In this document: positions 41,311 through 54,461 of the stretch, in pieces | Layout of the letters: every line of letters begins with the position of its first letter | How positions within the stretch are numbered: position 1 is the stretch's first letter | Origin: Podarcis filfolensis | Taxonomy: Eukaryota | Length of the DNA: 64,000 nt | Direction: 5' to 3' (one strand) | Assembly: GCA_964270895.1 (NCBI GenBank) | Contig: OZ185441.1 | Notes under the pieces: generated by a model | Databases searched by the model: none | What the model was told of the DNA's origin: nothing | Seen by the model: only the letters and a program-made list of their open reading frames with translations | Position numbers and translations under genes: made by a program

Positions 41311-41868
41311 AGAGAACAAATAGTAATACATAGGCAAGGTTAGGGTTAGGGCAATCCTATACATAAAAACCTGGTGTGAAGTTAAGCTGGGGTAAAATAT
41401 GCCAGAGCCAAACTCCATTCTGAAGCATGTCTAAGCCTGGTGGAGGGAAAACAAGCCTTGAAAATAGGTTTTTGGGTTACATCACCCTCCTTGCCAACCT
41501 ACTTTGCTAACCTGGGTTATCTGACCATTCTCAATGAGCTTAGGATCCAGCCTAAGTCCTCCCCCCGGCTCCTCCCCCACCATACCCACTTTCCACGACT
41601 TAAACCAGCTTAAGATCTGTCTGGCTTGGCTCAGCTGCCTGGGTCCCAGCTGGTATCCAAACAAACCCCTGTGTTGCAAAGAGAACGTCAACAATGTCTA
41701 GGCAACACGATAGACAATCTTTACAGAATTCCTTCAAATCATAAAAAGTTCAAAATGAAATCTTTAGTCTCAAAGTCTCTGAAAATCTTTAAATAAAGCG
41801 AGGTACCAAACTTTGTATGGTGGAAGACAAACTGCGAAGCTTTGTGTATTCAACAATGATCTCCAATA

Positions 41869-42220
41869 AAAAGATAAAGGGACCCCTGACCATTAGGTCC
41901 AGTCGTGGCCGACTCTGGGGTTGCGGTGCTCATCTTGCTTTATTGGCCGAGGGAGCCGGCGTACAGCTTCCGGGTCATGCGGCCAGCATGACTAAGCCGC
42001 TTTTGGTGAACCGGAGCAGCGCACGGAAACGCCGTTTACGTTCCCGCCAGAGCGGTACCTATTTATCTACTTGCACTTGACGTGCTTTCGAACTGCTAGG
42101 GTGGCAGGAGCAGGGACCGAGCAACAGGACCTCACCTCGTCGCGGGGATTCGAACCGCCGACCTTCTGATCAGCAAGTCCTAGGCTCTGTGGTTTAACCC
42201 ACAGCACCACCCGCGTCCCT
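41869..42220 (-). mobile_element. Full-length Sauria SINE with 13-bp TSD (1 mismatch)
   Basis: Closely similar to 19364-19710; ATGATCTCCAATA at 41856-41868 and ATGATGTCCAATA at 42221-42233. Confidence 0.92.
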
Positions 42221-42554
42221 ATGATGTCCAATACTGAACAGTAATTCCAGATATTGACTACTGTTTCGTAGAATTCTTCATCAGCATGGTGGGTGGATAT
42301 AGAATGCTTCATAAACCCATCTTATTTCGAATGAATGTGGAACAGTGCTCATGTAATAATGTAGTCACTGCAGTCATGCATTGTACAACACTTAAAAATT
42401 CACTATTTTACTAAGCATACTCCCCTTCTACAACTGATAATGAAAATAGAAATTTAAAAAGATTGTTTACATAGTTCAAAATCTGTCCCCTCTCACTTGC
42501 TTTCTCCCAGTATTATATATGTATTTATTGCATGCTCAGTGTTTATTTTCAATA

Positions 42555-42610
42555 CTCTGGGGCAAGCTATCTAGATCAGTGGGGTATAAATAATAAAATT
42601 ATTATTATTA
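42555..42610 (+). mobile_element. LINE 3'-tail remnant (ggggtataaataataaaattattatt)
   Basis: Same tail motif as the element split by the LTR at 55829. Confidence 0.4.
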
Positions 42611-42946
42611 CTGATGAAAAATAGGAACAATAGGGAAACATATTCAGAGGGCTAGTCATCTTAGCTTGTTGCAGAAAGAAACAACAGTTTTGTGGCCCAG
42701 TTCATCAGATGTAAGAAAACGTATCCACCTTGAGCATCATAGGCATGAAATTGGGAGATAGATCAGAACAATTAACATAACAGCATCTTTCCATAGGTTG
42801 ACTTAAAAATTGTAAAGCAAATTGGTACACATGACTAGTTGCTATTTGATGTTCCTTGGGAATAATAGACTATTATCTAAAATTAATTGGGTTTTGCTTG
42901 AAGTCTCTTCCCCCCCCCCAAAACACCGAGGAAGGACTAAAACTGT

Positions 42947-42979
42947 TGTAATTATTCATTGAACCTCTAAGTGTCGCTG
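42947..42979 (+). promoter_or_regulatory. CSE (CGCT box) / bipartite CTCF site of gene 8
   Basis: TGTAAT-N11-CCTCTAAGTGTCGCTG; core 199 bp upstream of the ATG. Confidence 0.78.
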
Positions 42980-43162
42980 TTTGCTCATAAGCCAAGAACT
43001 ACAAATCCCTGTTCTGCTCTCATTCCGCAAACAATACACAAAGCTCACATCCGCGTTCAGCAAGTCTGGATTTGCAGGAGGAAATACCTAGGTAGCGTTT
43101 GGAATCTTTGTAAGGTCCAAACTGGACAGTAAGGGCATAATAATCTGACAGTCTACCTGGAA

Positions 43163-45676
43163 ATGGCTGGAAGGATTCTATGCTATCATAAGAATAGTGT
43201 GCTTTGCTTTGTGCTGGTGATGGTCTGGGAGGTAGCTTCTGGGCAAATACATTATTTGATTCCTGAGGAAATGGAGAAAGGTTCTTTTGTAGGAGATATT
43301 GCAAAGGATCTTGGACTGAGCGTAAAGGAGTTATCAAGTGGAGACACCAGGATAATTTCCAGAGGTATGAAGCAATATTTTTCACTTGATTTGAGAAATG
43401 GACATTTGTTTATCAAGGAAGTAATTGACAGGGAGCAGATTTGCCACCAGGTAGAAAAATGTCTGTTAAATTTTGAGATTCTTGTGAAGGATAAAGTGAA
43501 GTTTTTTATGGCTAAAGTTGAAATAACTGATATTAATGACAACTCACCCAGCTTCCCTGTAGAAGTGTTTGAATTAACAATTGCTGAAAACTCAGGTCTT
43601 GGGGCAAGGTTTCTTTTACCAGGGGCTCAGGATCCAGATCTAGGGACTAATTCTCTCCAGAGCTACCATCTCAGTAGTAACAGACACTTTTCGTTGGAAG
43701 TACAAACTGGAGTTGATGGGATCAAATACGCAGAACTAGTCCTTGAAAAGCTGTTAGATCGAGAAGAACAGAAAGCGCACCAACTAATTCTCACTGCTGC
43801 TGACAAAGGAGAACCTGCCAGGTCTGGTACGGTGCAAATCCGTGTTGCTGTTGCAGATGTAAATGACAACGCTCCTATTTTCAGTAAGTCTCTGTATGAA
43901 GCGGACGTTATGGAAAACATGCTTAAAGGGTCGCACGTGTTAATTCTGAATGCAACTGACCTTGATGAGGGAATAAACTCAAAGGTAATGTATTCATTCA
44001 GAAAAATTTCAGACAAAGCTTCCAAAATATTCCACTTGGATTCCGCAACAGGGCAGATATCCGTCATTGGGAATATTGACTTTGAAGAATCTGTAGCACA
44101 TGAAATGGAAGTCCAAGCACAAGATGGGGCTGGATTGTCTACTCGTGCTAGAGTAGTCATAAGAGTCATGGATGCGAATGACAATCCACCAGAGATTGCA
44201 ATTACACCACTTTTCAGCAAGGTTGAAGAAAGTTCTCCTCCAGGAACTGTACTAGGTCTTATAAATATAAATGACAGAGATGATGGGGAAAATGGAGAGG
44301 TCTCATGTTCTATACCAGCAGGACTTCCATTTCTGTTGAAGAAAGCATTTGACAACTATTACAACTTGGAGATTGCAAGTGTCCTTGACAGGGAGAGGGT
44401 CTCAGAATATAACATCACAATAATAGCAAGTGACCACGGGATTCCTTCTCTCTCAACAACTGCTTACTTCCCACTAGAAATATTAGATGAAAATGACAAC
44501 CCACCCACCTTTAAAAATACAGCATTCACTTTTTATCTTGAGGAAAATAACCACAGAAGTGAATTCATTACTATTTTGAAGGCACATGACTCTGATTGTG
44601 AGGAAAATGGCAGAATAATTTACTCTATCATCGAAAGAGATATTGTGCAGCCCAATGCTAAGAAAGTCGACTCAGAAGTGAATTCCAATGAGCTCAATGG
44701 GACTTACTCTCAGATAAGTGAGCATGAGACTAAGGTCAGAAATTCCTTCCTTCCTTCCTACCTCTCAATTAACTCTGAAACTGGAGCAATCTATGCCCTA
44801 CACTCCTTTGATTATGAAGAGATCAGGGAGATTAATTTCCTTGTCAAGGCTCAGGACGGAGGTTCTCCACCACTCAGCTCCAACGTCTCAGTGACTCTCT
44901 TCATCCTGGACCAGAATGACAATGCTCCCCAAATCCTGTACCCCTCCCCTCCCACTGACGGCTCCACGGGGATAGAGCTGGCCCCTCGCTCCTCTGAGCC
45001 AGGCTACCTGGTCACTAAGGTGGTGGCCGTGGATGCGGACTCTGGCCAGAATGCCTGGCTCTCCTACCAGCTGATCAAGGCCACCGAGCCAGGGCTCTTC
45101 ACTCTGGGGCTCCACACAGGAGAGATCAAGACGGCCCGCTTCTTTCTGGAGAAAGATGCCCTCAAGCAAAGCCTGGTGGTTTTAGTGAAGGACAATGGGC
45201 AGCCACCTCTCTCTGCTTCAGCCACTCTGACTGTGGTGCTGGCTGACGCCATCCCTGCAGTCCTCTCAGACCTGAGCAGCATCTCAGTATCTGAAGACCC
45301 ACAATCTGATGGTGAGCTCACTTCGTACCTGGTGACTGCAGTAGCTGCTGTCTCCTGCTTGTTCTTCACCTTTCTGCTTTTGTTACTAGCTTTTAGACTT
45401 TATAGGTGGAGAAACTCACAATTGTGTGACTCAGGATTTGGAAATTTCAATGGAGTACCTGTTTCACAGTTTGTGGGCATTGATGGTGTCCGGGCTTTTC
45501 TTCAGTCTTACTGCCCTGACGGCTCACTAACTACCTGCTCCCAAAACAATAAAATTGTTTTTCCAATTGGAAGTTGTACAGATATTCTCTCATCTCATCC
45601 AGCTGCCGATAACTTAGGTCCTTTATTAACTATGGAAGATCCAAGCACTGATACAGTACGACAAAACTTTGACCAG
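43163..45676 (+). CDS. PCDHGA: Protocadherin gamma-A-like variable exon (gene 8) with an enlarged EC5 loop; expected to splice to gamma constant exons outside the window
   Basis: 843-aa ORF; gamma-A motifs [31 protein letters not shown] and [12 protein letters not shown]; phase-0 donor CAG|GTGAGT at 45676/45677. Confidence 0.93.
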
Positions 45677-46940
45677 GTGAGTTTCATTTTCTAAAATTAA
45701 GATTGTTCACATTTTACAATGTACAAAGCAGAAACAAGTTGAATGTGATACAGTCTGCAGAGCTCATTGGGCACTGAGCTAAGAATTGTGCAAAGTGGAT
45801 TTGTATTTATTTTACAAGCGTTTAGCCATGTATTTTCAGTAATACCCCACCAAACATTAGTTGATTTGCACTTCATAAATTCAGAAAGTGAGTGGCATTT
45901 CGCTCTCCCCCCCCCCCCCGCTTTCTTTGCACTTTTTTTGCTGTCTAGGGGCCATGGCTGAATTTTTTAATGGCAAGTAATGGGAAAGAAATGGGCATAA
46001 AGGAACAAATACTTGCAGACAAAAGGTCCTATTAAAGTATTTCCTTAACAGATGTCATTTGGGTTCGTTACTGGGTTGGATTTATCTATATCATCAGGGA
46101 GAGGTTCGTTGCTCTTGGCAAGTAGCTGCTTGAACTATCTGAAGTCAAGCTGGCATTGGGAACTGGCATTACTGGGCCACAGCAAGGGGCCCACGAGCAA
46201 TCCCTGAGGTCTCCGATTCCAGGTGCTTCTCCTTGCTTGTTCGGATGCTGTCTCTGAGTCAATGAGCAGAGATAGGAGGGAGGAAAATGTGCAGCTACCA
46301 CTGCTCAACTCTCCCTCTGGTCACTGAGCAGTGGAGGAGGCTGGAGGAAGCAAGAGCTGAGTGTATTTATTATTGTTCTACTTGCTCTAATTTTTCTAAA
46401 TTGTCTTGAAATCTCTGGTGAAAGATGGTTTTAGATATATGGAGCAGACAACTGAAATATTTGCTGCTGCAAACAAAGTAACTTTCCTTAACATTCAACA
46501 ACTCTGGCTACAACTGATCAATCCTTGGTTTCAGTTCTCTGCTGGCATTTCCTTAACTTCTTGCCTTCCCCACTTTTGGAACACTTCTTTTCTACTGTCA
46601 TTACAAAAACTCTGCTGGACCACAATCGAGGCACCAGAATTGAAAACAGAAGTTTCCATATATTAGTGAGCTGGGTTTAGTTAGTAGGTGGTTGTACCTT
46701 GGGTCAGGTCAGACCAGGCAATGACCAGAAGGCTATCCTGTCCTTTCCGGCTTGGGGGAAAGCAGTAGTACCTGGTGATTATGGGAGTGGGGAGCAGGTG
46801 GGCTTACTGAGCAAGGTCCTGCCCAAGGGCCCTCCAAAACCTGAAGCTGAGACTGACCACCAAACCTGAATCTACTTGCACTCCACTAGCCATTTGACAG
46901 CAATGCAACACAATATAAAAATGGATTCTTTCCCACTATG

Positions 46941-47185
46941 AAGAAGAAGAGTTTGGATTTGATATCCCACTTTATCACTACCCTAAGGAGTCTCAAAGCG
47001 GCTAACAATCTCCTTTCCCTTCCTCCCCCACAACAAACACTCTGTGAGGTGAGTGGGGCTGAGAGACTTCAGAGAAGTGTGACTAGCCCAAGGTCACCCA
47101 GCAGCTGCATGTGGAGGAGTGGAGACGCGAACCTGGTTCACCAGATTACGAGTCCACCGCTCTTAACCACTACACCACACTGGCT
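46941..47185 (-). mobile_element. tRNA-derived squamate SINE (Squam1-type)
   Basis: (AAG)n tail on the + strand; minus-strand head AGCCAGTGTGGTGTAGTGGTTAAGAGCG with A box and B-box-like GGTTCGCGTC. Confidence 0.85.
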
Positions 47186-47519
47186 ATGATTCTTAAGATG
47201 AGATGCCTGTGCTTGGGTAGAAACGACACTGAGGGAGGGAAGGGCAAATTGCTAATCCCCTGGGAGCCAGTGAATTTTATACCATCCTTGTCTGCCATGC
47301 CTTTCTGTTGGTGTACACTAAGGCTATGTAAACACTAGTAGCTTAAAACACAGTGAGGTAGATTTTCCTAGCTACATTTCAAGTCACATTTGCACATTGC
47401 TGCACACACCAGAGAGGGGGCAGGGTCCAAGATGTCTTCACTGGTGCACTTTATCAATGGTACTGAAAGCTGCTGAGATATCAAGCAAAAGAATCAAGGA
47501 TTATCATCCATCAGAGAGA

Positions 47520-47895
47520 CCAAGGCTTATTCAGTCCTGAACCCAGGCATCAACCAGACAGGAATGGATCCAGAAAATGATTCTCATGTTGCAGTTGTTC
47601 CACTACAACTCTTTCAATCACCTTCCCCAGAATGAAGCTACTTGTGACTTGGTAATAGTTGCTGCAAGCCAATTTGTCCAGGGCTGGCTTTTTCAGTAGT
47701 ACCCACACCAACTTCTTTAAGTCAGCAAGTGCCACTCCTTCATGCAAAAATAAAAATAAAGACCTTTGCCACTTGGACCCATCCAGTCAAGCCCCAGGCT
47801 CAGTTTCAACAGCCAAGATGGGCAGGGATTGAGAGGGTATCCCTGCAAGCACCCTGTCCATGTCTTCAGGCTGCAGAAGCTGAAACTGACCCCAC
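47520..47895 (-). mobile_element. L2 (CR1-clade) reverse transcriptase fragment
   Basis: LNPCPSWLLK and LLKKPALD...NY..V....LGKVIERVV.EQLQ....LDPFLSG motifs on the minus strand. Confidence 0.78.
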
Positions 47896-47900
47896 AAAGT

Positions 47901-48036
47901 TGTCCAACCATCTCGTCCTCTGTCGTCCCCTTCTCCATGTGCCCCCCATCTTTCCCAACATCAGGGTCTTTTCCAGGGAGTCTTCTCTTCTCATGAGGTT
48001 GCCAAAGTATTGGAGCCTCAGCTTCAGGATCTGTCC
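47901..48036 (-). mobile_element. Bov-B LINE fragment
   Basis: Near-identical to 54194-54330. Confidence 0.85.
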
Positions 48037-48124
48037 ACCCTACACACTAAATATTCACCAGCAGGTTACATCTGAGTGAAGGCGTAGGCAAGGCTATGTA
48101 GCGTAAAATCTGAGCCCACATCTC

Positions 48125-48128
<4 letters not shown>

Positions 48129-48156
<28 letters not shown>
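48129..48156. repeat. (CA)14 microsatellite
   Basis: Direct count. Confidence 0.92.
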
Positions 48157-48158
<2 letters not shown>

Positions 48159-48486
48159 GGTCCTCCCCCTTCTCTCCCTCATCCCAGCAACCCTACTCCC
48201 ACACTGGGAGAAGACACTTCAAAAAAACCCATGTGACTGTACTCTGAATTAGGTTGATTAAAAATATATATATAAGGTGGAAATTGACATTAGATCAATA
48301 GTCACTGATTACTTTTGACACAATCCTGTTGATGAGGAGGTACACTGTGTTACTCATCCATTGTGGTGCTTATCCAATCTCCATTGAGCTTTCTAGACGG
48401 GATGCAGTATGTTAATGGAAGTTTGTTTTTATACCTATTATTAAATAAAAAGGAATGAAATGTTACTTTGCAGTTTTTTAAAACAC

Positions 48487-48519
48487 TGCATTTACTGACT
48501 GATCCATTGGGTGTCACTG
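48487..48519 (+). promoter_or_regulatory. CSE / bipartite CTCF site of gene 9 (CGCT changed to CACT)
   Basis: TGCATT-N11-CCATTGGGTGTCACTG; core 221 bp upstream of the ATG. Confidence 0.68.
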
Positions 48520-48724
48520 TTCACCAATAAGGAGAGAAACTGGATTGAACCAGCTACCACCGAGATGAAAAACACAAAAGCTTTATTATAATCTCTGACC
48601 TAAAAGAAAAAGGAGGATCTTGTTTGATGGAAAATAAAAGGAAGTCTTAAATAGGCACATTAGTCTGTTAAGAGAGCCTAGTTTGGTGCCTGTTATCTGT
48701 GGATAGGACCTGGCAGAGGCTGAA

Positions 48725-51142
48725 ATGGCTTGTATACAGACACTCTTGGATAGAAGGAGACAGACATCCTGCCTTGTGCTGCTAGCTGTTTTTCAGGCAG
48801 TTACTGCACAGATCCATTATTCAGTTCCTGAGGAACTGCAGGAAGGTTCTTTTGTTGGGGATATCTCACAGGATCTGGGATTGGATATGAAGCAACTCTT
48901 GCCTGGTGGTGTCCGGATTATTACAGAAGGTAGGACACAATATTTTGCCCTCAATTTCCAAAATGGTCATTTATATATTAATGAAAGACTAGATAGAGAA
49001 GAAATATGTGGACGTCTGTTAACTTGTATTTTGAAGTTGGAGATTCTGATTCAGGAGCAGCTAAAAGTCTATACAGTAGAAATTGAAATCGAAGATATCA
49101 ATGACAATGCACCAGCATTCCAAGTGGAGACATTGCAGCTAAATATCCGAGAAAATACAGCTGTGGGATCTCGATTTCTTCTTCCAGATGCACAGGACCC
49201 AGACTTAGGAGTGAACTCTTTACAGAGCTATCAAATCAGCCCTAACAGACACTTCTTTCTTGATGTGCAAATGACAGCAAGTGGAGCCAAATATGCTGAG
49301 TTAGTACTGGAAAAGTCTATGGATCGAGAAGTAGAAGCTTTCCATGACTTAATCCTTACAGCCAGTGATGGGGGGAATCCTGTCAAATCCGGAACTGCAC
49401 ACATCAAAGTTTCCGTTGAAGATGCAAATGACAATGCACCAGTTTTTTCAGAATCTGTTTATAAAGTGACCACTGCAGAAAACATTCCTGTTAATTCCCT
49501 GCTTGTAACAGTCAATGCTACTGATCTGGATGAAGGCATTAATTCAGAGATAACATATGCATTCAGGCAGGTATCAGAAAAGGCTTCAAACAGTTTCCAT
49601 TTGGATCCGAGAACTGGAGAAGTAAGGGTGAGGCAGGAGATAGATTTTGAAGAATGTGCTTTGTATGAAATGGAGGTTCAAGCTCGTGATGGAAGAGGGT
49701 TATCAGGTCGAGCAAATATTTTGTTGGCTATTACCGATGTAAATGATAATGCACCAGAAATTGCAGTCACATCTCTTACTAATGCTGTGAGTGAAGACTG
49801 CCCAGAAGGAACTATAATTGCACTGTTAAAAGTAATAGACAGGGATTCAGAAGACAATGGGCTGGTTACATGCTCCATCTTTGGCAACCCGCCATTTCAT
49901 TTAGAGAAAACGTTTGATAATTATTACAGTTTAGTGACTAGCGGAACCCTGGACCGAGAAGATGTATCTAATTACAATGTTACAGTTATTGCAACAGATA
50001 AAGGAAATCCTCCTCTCTCCACAACCACCGCTATTCAGCTGAAAATATTAGATAAAAATGATAATCCACCCACCTTTAAAAAGAGGTCCTATGTTACTTC
50101 AATTACAGAAAATACTTCAGCTGGATCCTCTGTTTTAACACTAAAAGCAACTGATCCTGACTGGGAGATGAATGGCAAAATTACTTATTCAATCACTGAA
50201 GGTGAGATGAGTTACTCCTACTTCTCCTCCTGCCTTTCTATAAACTCTGAGACTGGAGTAATCTATGCCCTACGGTCCTTTGATTATGAAGAGATCCAAG
50301 AGATTAAGTTCCTGGTCAAGGCCCAGGATGGAGGCTCTCCACCACTCAGCTCTAACGTCTCAGTGACTCTCTTCATCCTGGACCAGAATGACAATACTCC
50401 CCAAATCCTGTACCCCTCCTCTCCCACTGATGGCTCCACGGGGATAGAGCTGGCCCCTCGCTCCTCTGAGCCAGGCTACCTGGTCACTAAGGTGGTGGCC
50501 GTGGATGCGGACTCTGGCCAGAATGCCTGGCTCTCCTACCAGCTGATCAAGGCCACCGAGCCAGGGCTCTTCACTCTGGGGCTCCACACGGGAGAGATCA
50601 GGACAGCCCGCTTCTTTCTGGAGAAAGATGCCCTCAAGCAAAGCCTGGTGGTTTTAGTCAAGGACAATGGGCAGCCTCCAATGTCGGCGTCAGTCACTGT
50701 TACTGTGGTCTTGGCTGACAACATCCCTGACATGCTGACTGATCTGGGCACCATCTCAGCTCCTATCAGTCTTGAGTCTGACCTCACCTTCTACCTGGTG
50801 ACTGCAGTGGCTTTTGTCTCCTGCTTGTTCTTCACTTTCCTCCTTGTATTATTGGTACTAAGGCTTCGCAAGTGGAGACATTCTCAGTTGTGTGACACTG
50901 GAAGTGTAAATTTAAATGGGGTTCCTGTTTCACAGTTTGTAGGCATTGATGGAGTCAGGGCATTTCTTCAGACTTATTGCCATGAGTTTTCACTGACTTC
51001 GGGCTCTCGGAAAAGTCAGATTTTTTTCCCCATTGAAAGCTGTACAAACACACTGACAGGACATCAGGCTTCTCAAATCTCTGGACCTCTGTTTACTGCA
51101 AATGATTCAAATATCAATAAGGAAGGGCAGACCTGCGAACAG
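48725..51142 (+). CDS. PCDHGA: Protocadherin gamma-A-like variable exon (gene 9)
   Basis: 814-aa ORF; gamma-A motifs including [32 protein letters not shown]; phase-0 donor CAG|GTATGT at 51142/51143. Confidence 0.94.
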
Positions 51143-53039
51143 GTATGTTTTGCTTTCACTAAACTTTGAAAAGGTTTTATAAAACCTTATGTCAATATAA
51201 TATTTATCTAGTTGAATTATTTTTACCTTTTATTTGATGTTCAAGAATAACTTCACTGCAACTGAACAAGTGTTTCTGTAAGAATCACTGTAAGAATTGA
51301 AACATTTAAAAATCTTGATCATCTTGAAGATGATTTTGCCCTTTTTGACTTAATTCAGACTGTAATTTGCTGTTTCTCATTTAATCTAAGTTTAACTCCT
51401 TAAGAAACCTCTCCTTTGCTTAATGTTTGGATTTAAATAAAAGTGGATTGTTGCCACCCCAATCTCCAAGCAATGTAAGATTCCATGGATTTCAGGTGCT
51501 TATCTTTTGGAATGAGGGACAGTGGAGACTGTGGTGTCTTTATGATATATTGTTTATTTACACATATATGCAACCTGAGCCTATGATGGAGGGGTTTTGC
51601 TTCCACCATAGCGAAACCTTGGATTCAACCAGAAATCAGGCGTAACTCTGTATCCCAGCTTCCCAGCCTGCAGACTCTCTTCTACCTTCCAGCTCACATA
51701 ACTAAACTCTCCATTCTGACCTTTATCCTTCTAACTACCGGTTTGTTGAGGGAGGAAAGCCCACCCTTTGTCATGCGACACAGAGACACTTCCTTTGTTA
51801 CCTTAAAGGTCCATACTTAGAGGGCCATTATCTCATCAGGAAGTTAGCCTAGCTATTCCAGGAACTGAATCCATGCTGGATTCATGAATTAGAAGGGAGG
51901 CAAGACATACAGCCTTCCCCTTCCTCCAAACTCATAACAGTATTTAAATAAGAAGAAGAAACAGGGAGGTCTTCATCTGCTTCAAAGTCCAAGCCAGAGA
52001 GTAAAACATAGCAGTATTCAAGGTGGGAGATGCCTAGAGAATTTTAGGTAAGGGGATAGATAGCTGAATCAGTTATAGGGGAAAGTGGTGGACTGAATAT
52101 GGGAAGCACCGGAGTAGGGGCTCAAGAATAAAGCAACAACTTCATATGTGGTCAGCAAGATGGTTGGTGAAATTGTCAATTGGTATGTGCTTTGGCTATT
52201 CAAAAAAAACCTCTGGACTCTCTAATAAGACCCTCTTAAAATGCAGCTGAGCTTTTGTGTATCTGCAACTTTTTCATTTTTTAATGATTGTAGATGATAC
52301 CTCACATTCTACTCTATCACATGCTTTTTCGGGAAAGTAAAAGAAGACTAGTTCCACTGCCTGTATCTTAATCGAGAGTTTTAAAAGTTCCAGGCTTTTA
52401 AATCTTTAACTCCATGTTGGACTAAACTGACATGCCCAGGCACTTCATTGCCCCATTTCTCCCTATCATAATGATCATCTGACAGAAGAGCAGTCCAACC
52501 ACAGGGAGCATTCCTAGTAGCAGGGCAGGAATGAATATTAAAATTAATTTATTGTTGCAGTATGCTACAGATTGTGAATGGCTGGGCACAGGCATTTGTG
52601 GGATGGCAATATAAACCTTGCTTTATAGCAAAAAATGCACCTCAGCTACATTGCAGTTACACGTGGGGTTCCACTGGCAGACATCTTGCATCAATTTATT
52701 TAGTGAATTTTATTCTATTTTACCATTGTTAAGTTTTATTGGTATCAAGGTTTGTGGATGGTGTTATGTCCATGTTATGGAGCTCTATTGCTATCATTTT
52801 GTAACAGCAAAATCAGTAGTGCTGTTCATAATGTCAGAGGCATGGAAGTTTTCCTTTATATTCTATATTCTATTTTTTTTTCTACACATGAATGAAATGT
52901 TGTCAGTATTCTCACTCTCACCCCAGTCCCACCAGTAGTTTTCCCATCCTAATGCAGATATTTGGCGGGGGGGAGCAACTTTATACAAAACAGGATGAAC
53001 ACTGAATCACTAATCAACTTCATTGCCTTCCTACAGAAC

Positions 53040-53800
53040 ATCTATCTTGTCTGGACTGAGCTTTGGTTTATTAGCCCATATCCAACGCATTACTATACTA
53101 AGCACCTTTTAAGAACATTCATTGTGTCATCTACACTAGACAAAGAGGAGAAATAGAGCTGGGTGTCATTAGCATAGTGATGATGCCTCATTATCATCTC
53201 CAGATAATTTCCTCCTACAGCTGGGTACATGTTACTCAATAGAATAAATGTTGTGGAGTGAAACGGAAGTACTATAGTATAACTTTTTGGGACTAACCTG
53301 ACAGAGAAGAACAGAACCAAGGGGACACAATGCCCCCAAACCATAAGATGATTCATTAGTATATTATAATTGATACATCAAATTGATAGCATTTGAGAGA
53401 TCCAGGAGAATCAACAGGATTGCACTCCATGTGTTCCTCTCCTAGCACATGTTTTCTGTGGGGGTGACCAAAGTGCCCCCAAACCATGACAGAATTCAGA
53501 CTGAAGTAGATCCAAATAATCCATTTCATCCAGGCATGTCTGGGGTTGAGAAGCCACTGTCTAGTAAAGCCACTTGCCCAAGAAAGGGGGATTAGCAACT
53601 GGCCAATTGCAGGGCGGGGGGGGGAATCATCCATATATTTTTAAGGAGTAGTCTCAGAGGTGCCTCCTTCAAGGCTACTGGGATATTCTCTTCTTTTAAT
53701 GAAGTACTTATTGCCACCTGAACCCAATTTACTACCCCTTCTGGCTGTGGTGGGCAACAAGAGTTGAACATAGAGGGGGAATACCTCTCCGATAATATTA
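53040..53800 (-). mobile_element. Degenerate L2 reverse transcriptase fragments
   Basis: HHYANDTQLY (YADD box variant) and STSLKEENIPVALKEA..LLLK. Confidence 0.7.
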
Positions 53801-54069
53801 ATCTGCAAATAACATTAAGTTGCAATAGTGAAAATTCATTCCAGCAAAAGGGTCTGGATGGGGCCACAGGAACTTCCAGTCCTATAAGCAATCCATCACT
53901 CAAGTCATTTTTCTATGAAATGCTTTGGGAATAAGTCGCACTGGATCATTGAGGATTCTTGTAAATTGCAGATGAAAAAGCTCCATTGCTACTTAGCAGC
54001 TCCTCTGGATGGCATTTCTCAGATACAACTCTGGTAGATGTGAAGGAATCTCTGTTCACCACAATCATT

Positions 54070-54461
54070 GTTGTTGTTGTTTAGTCGTGTCTGACTCTTC
54101 GTGACCCCATGGACCAGAGCACGCCAGGCACTCCTGTCTTCCACTGCCTCCTGCAGTTTGGTCAAACTCATGCTGGTAGCGTCGAGAACACTATCCAACC
54201 ATCTCGTCCTCTGTCATCCCCTTCTCCTTGTGCCCTCCATCTTTCCCAACATCAGGGTCTTTTCCAGGGAGTCTTCTCTTCTCATGAGGTGGCCAAAGTA
54301 TTGGAGTCTCAGCTTCACGATCTGTCCTTCCAAGTGAGCACTCAGGGCTGATTTCCTTAAGAATGGATAGGTTTGATCTTCTTGCAGTCCATGGGACTCT
54401 CAAGAGTCTCCTCCAGCACCATAATTCAAAAGCATCAATTCTTTGGCGATCAGCCTTGCCG
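54070..54461 (-). mobile_element. 5'-truncated Bov-B LINE with 3' tail and 8-bp TSD
   Basis: (CAA)n tail; encodes RIDAFELWCWRRLLRVPWTARRSNLSILKEISPECSL; CAATCATT at 54062-54069 and 54462-54469. Confidence 0.93.

Noticed and set aside
33250-42900. Search for beta or gamma constant exons or a hidden Pcdh exon in the gap
   Set aside because: No PNTDW/PNPDW-type or cadherin motifs found by eye or in the ORF track; very short exons cannot be excluded.
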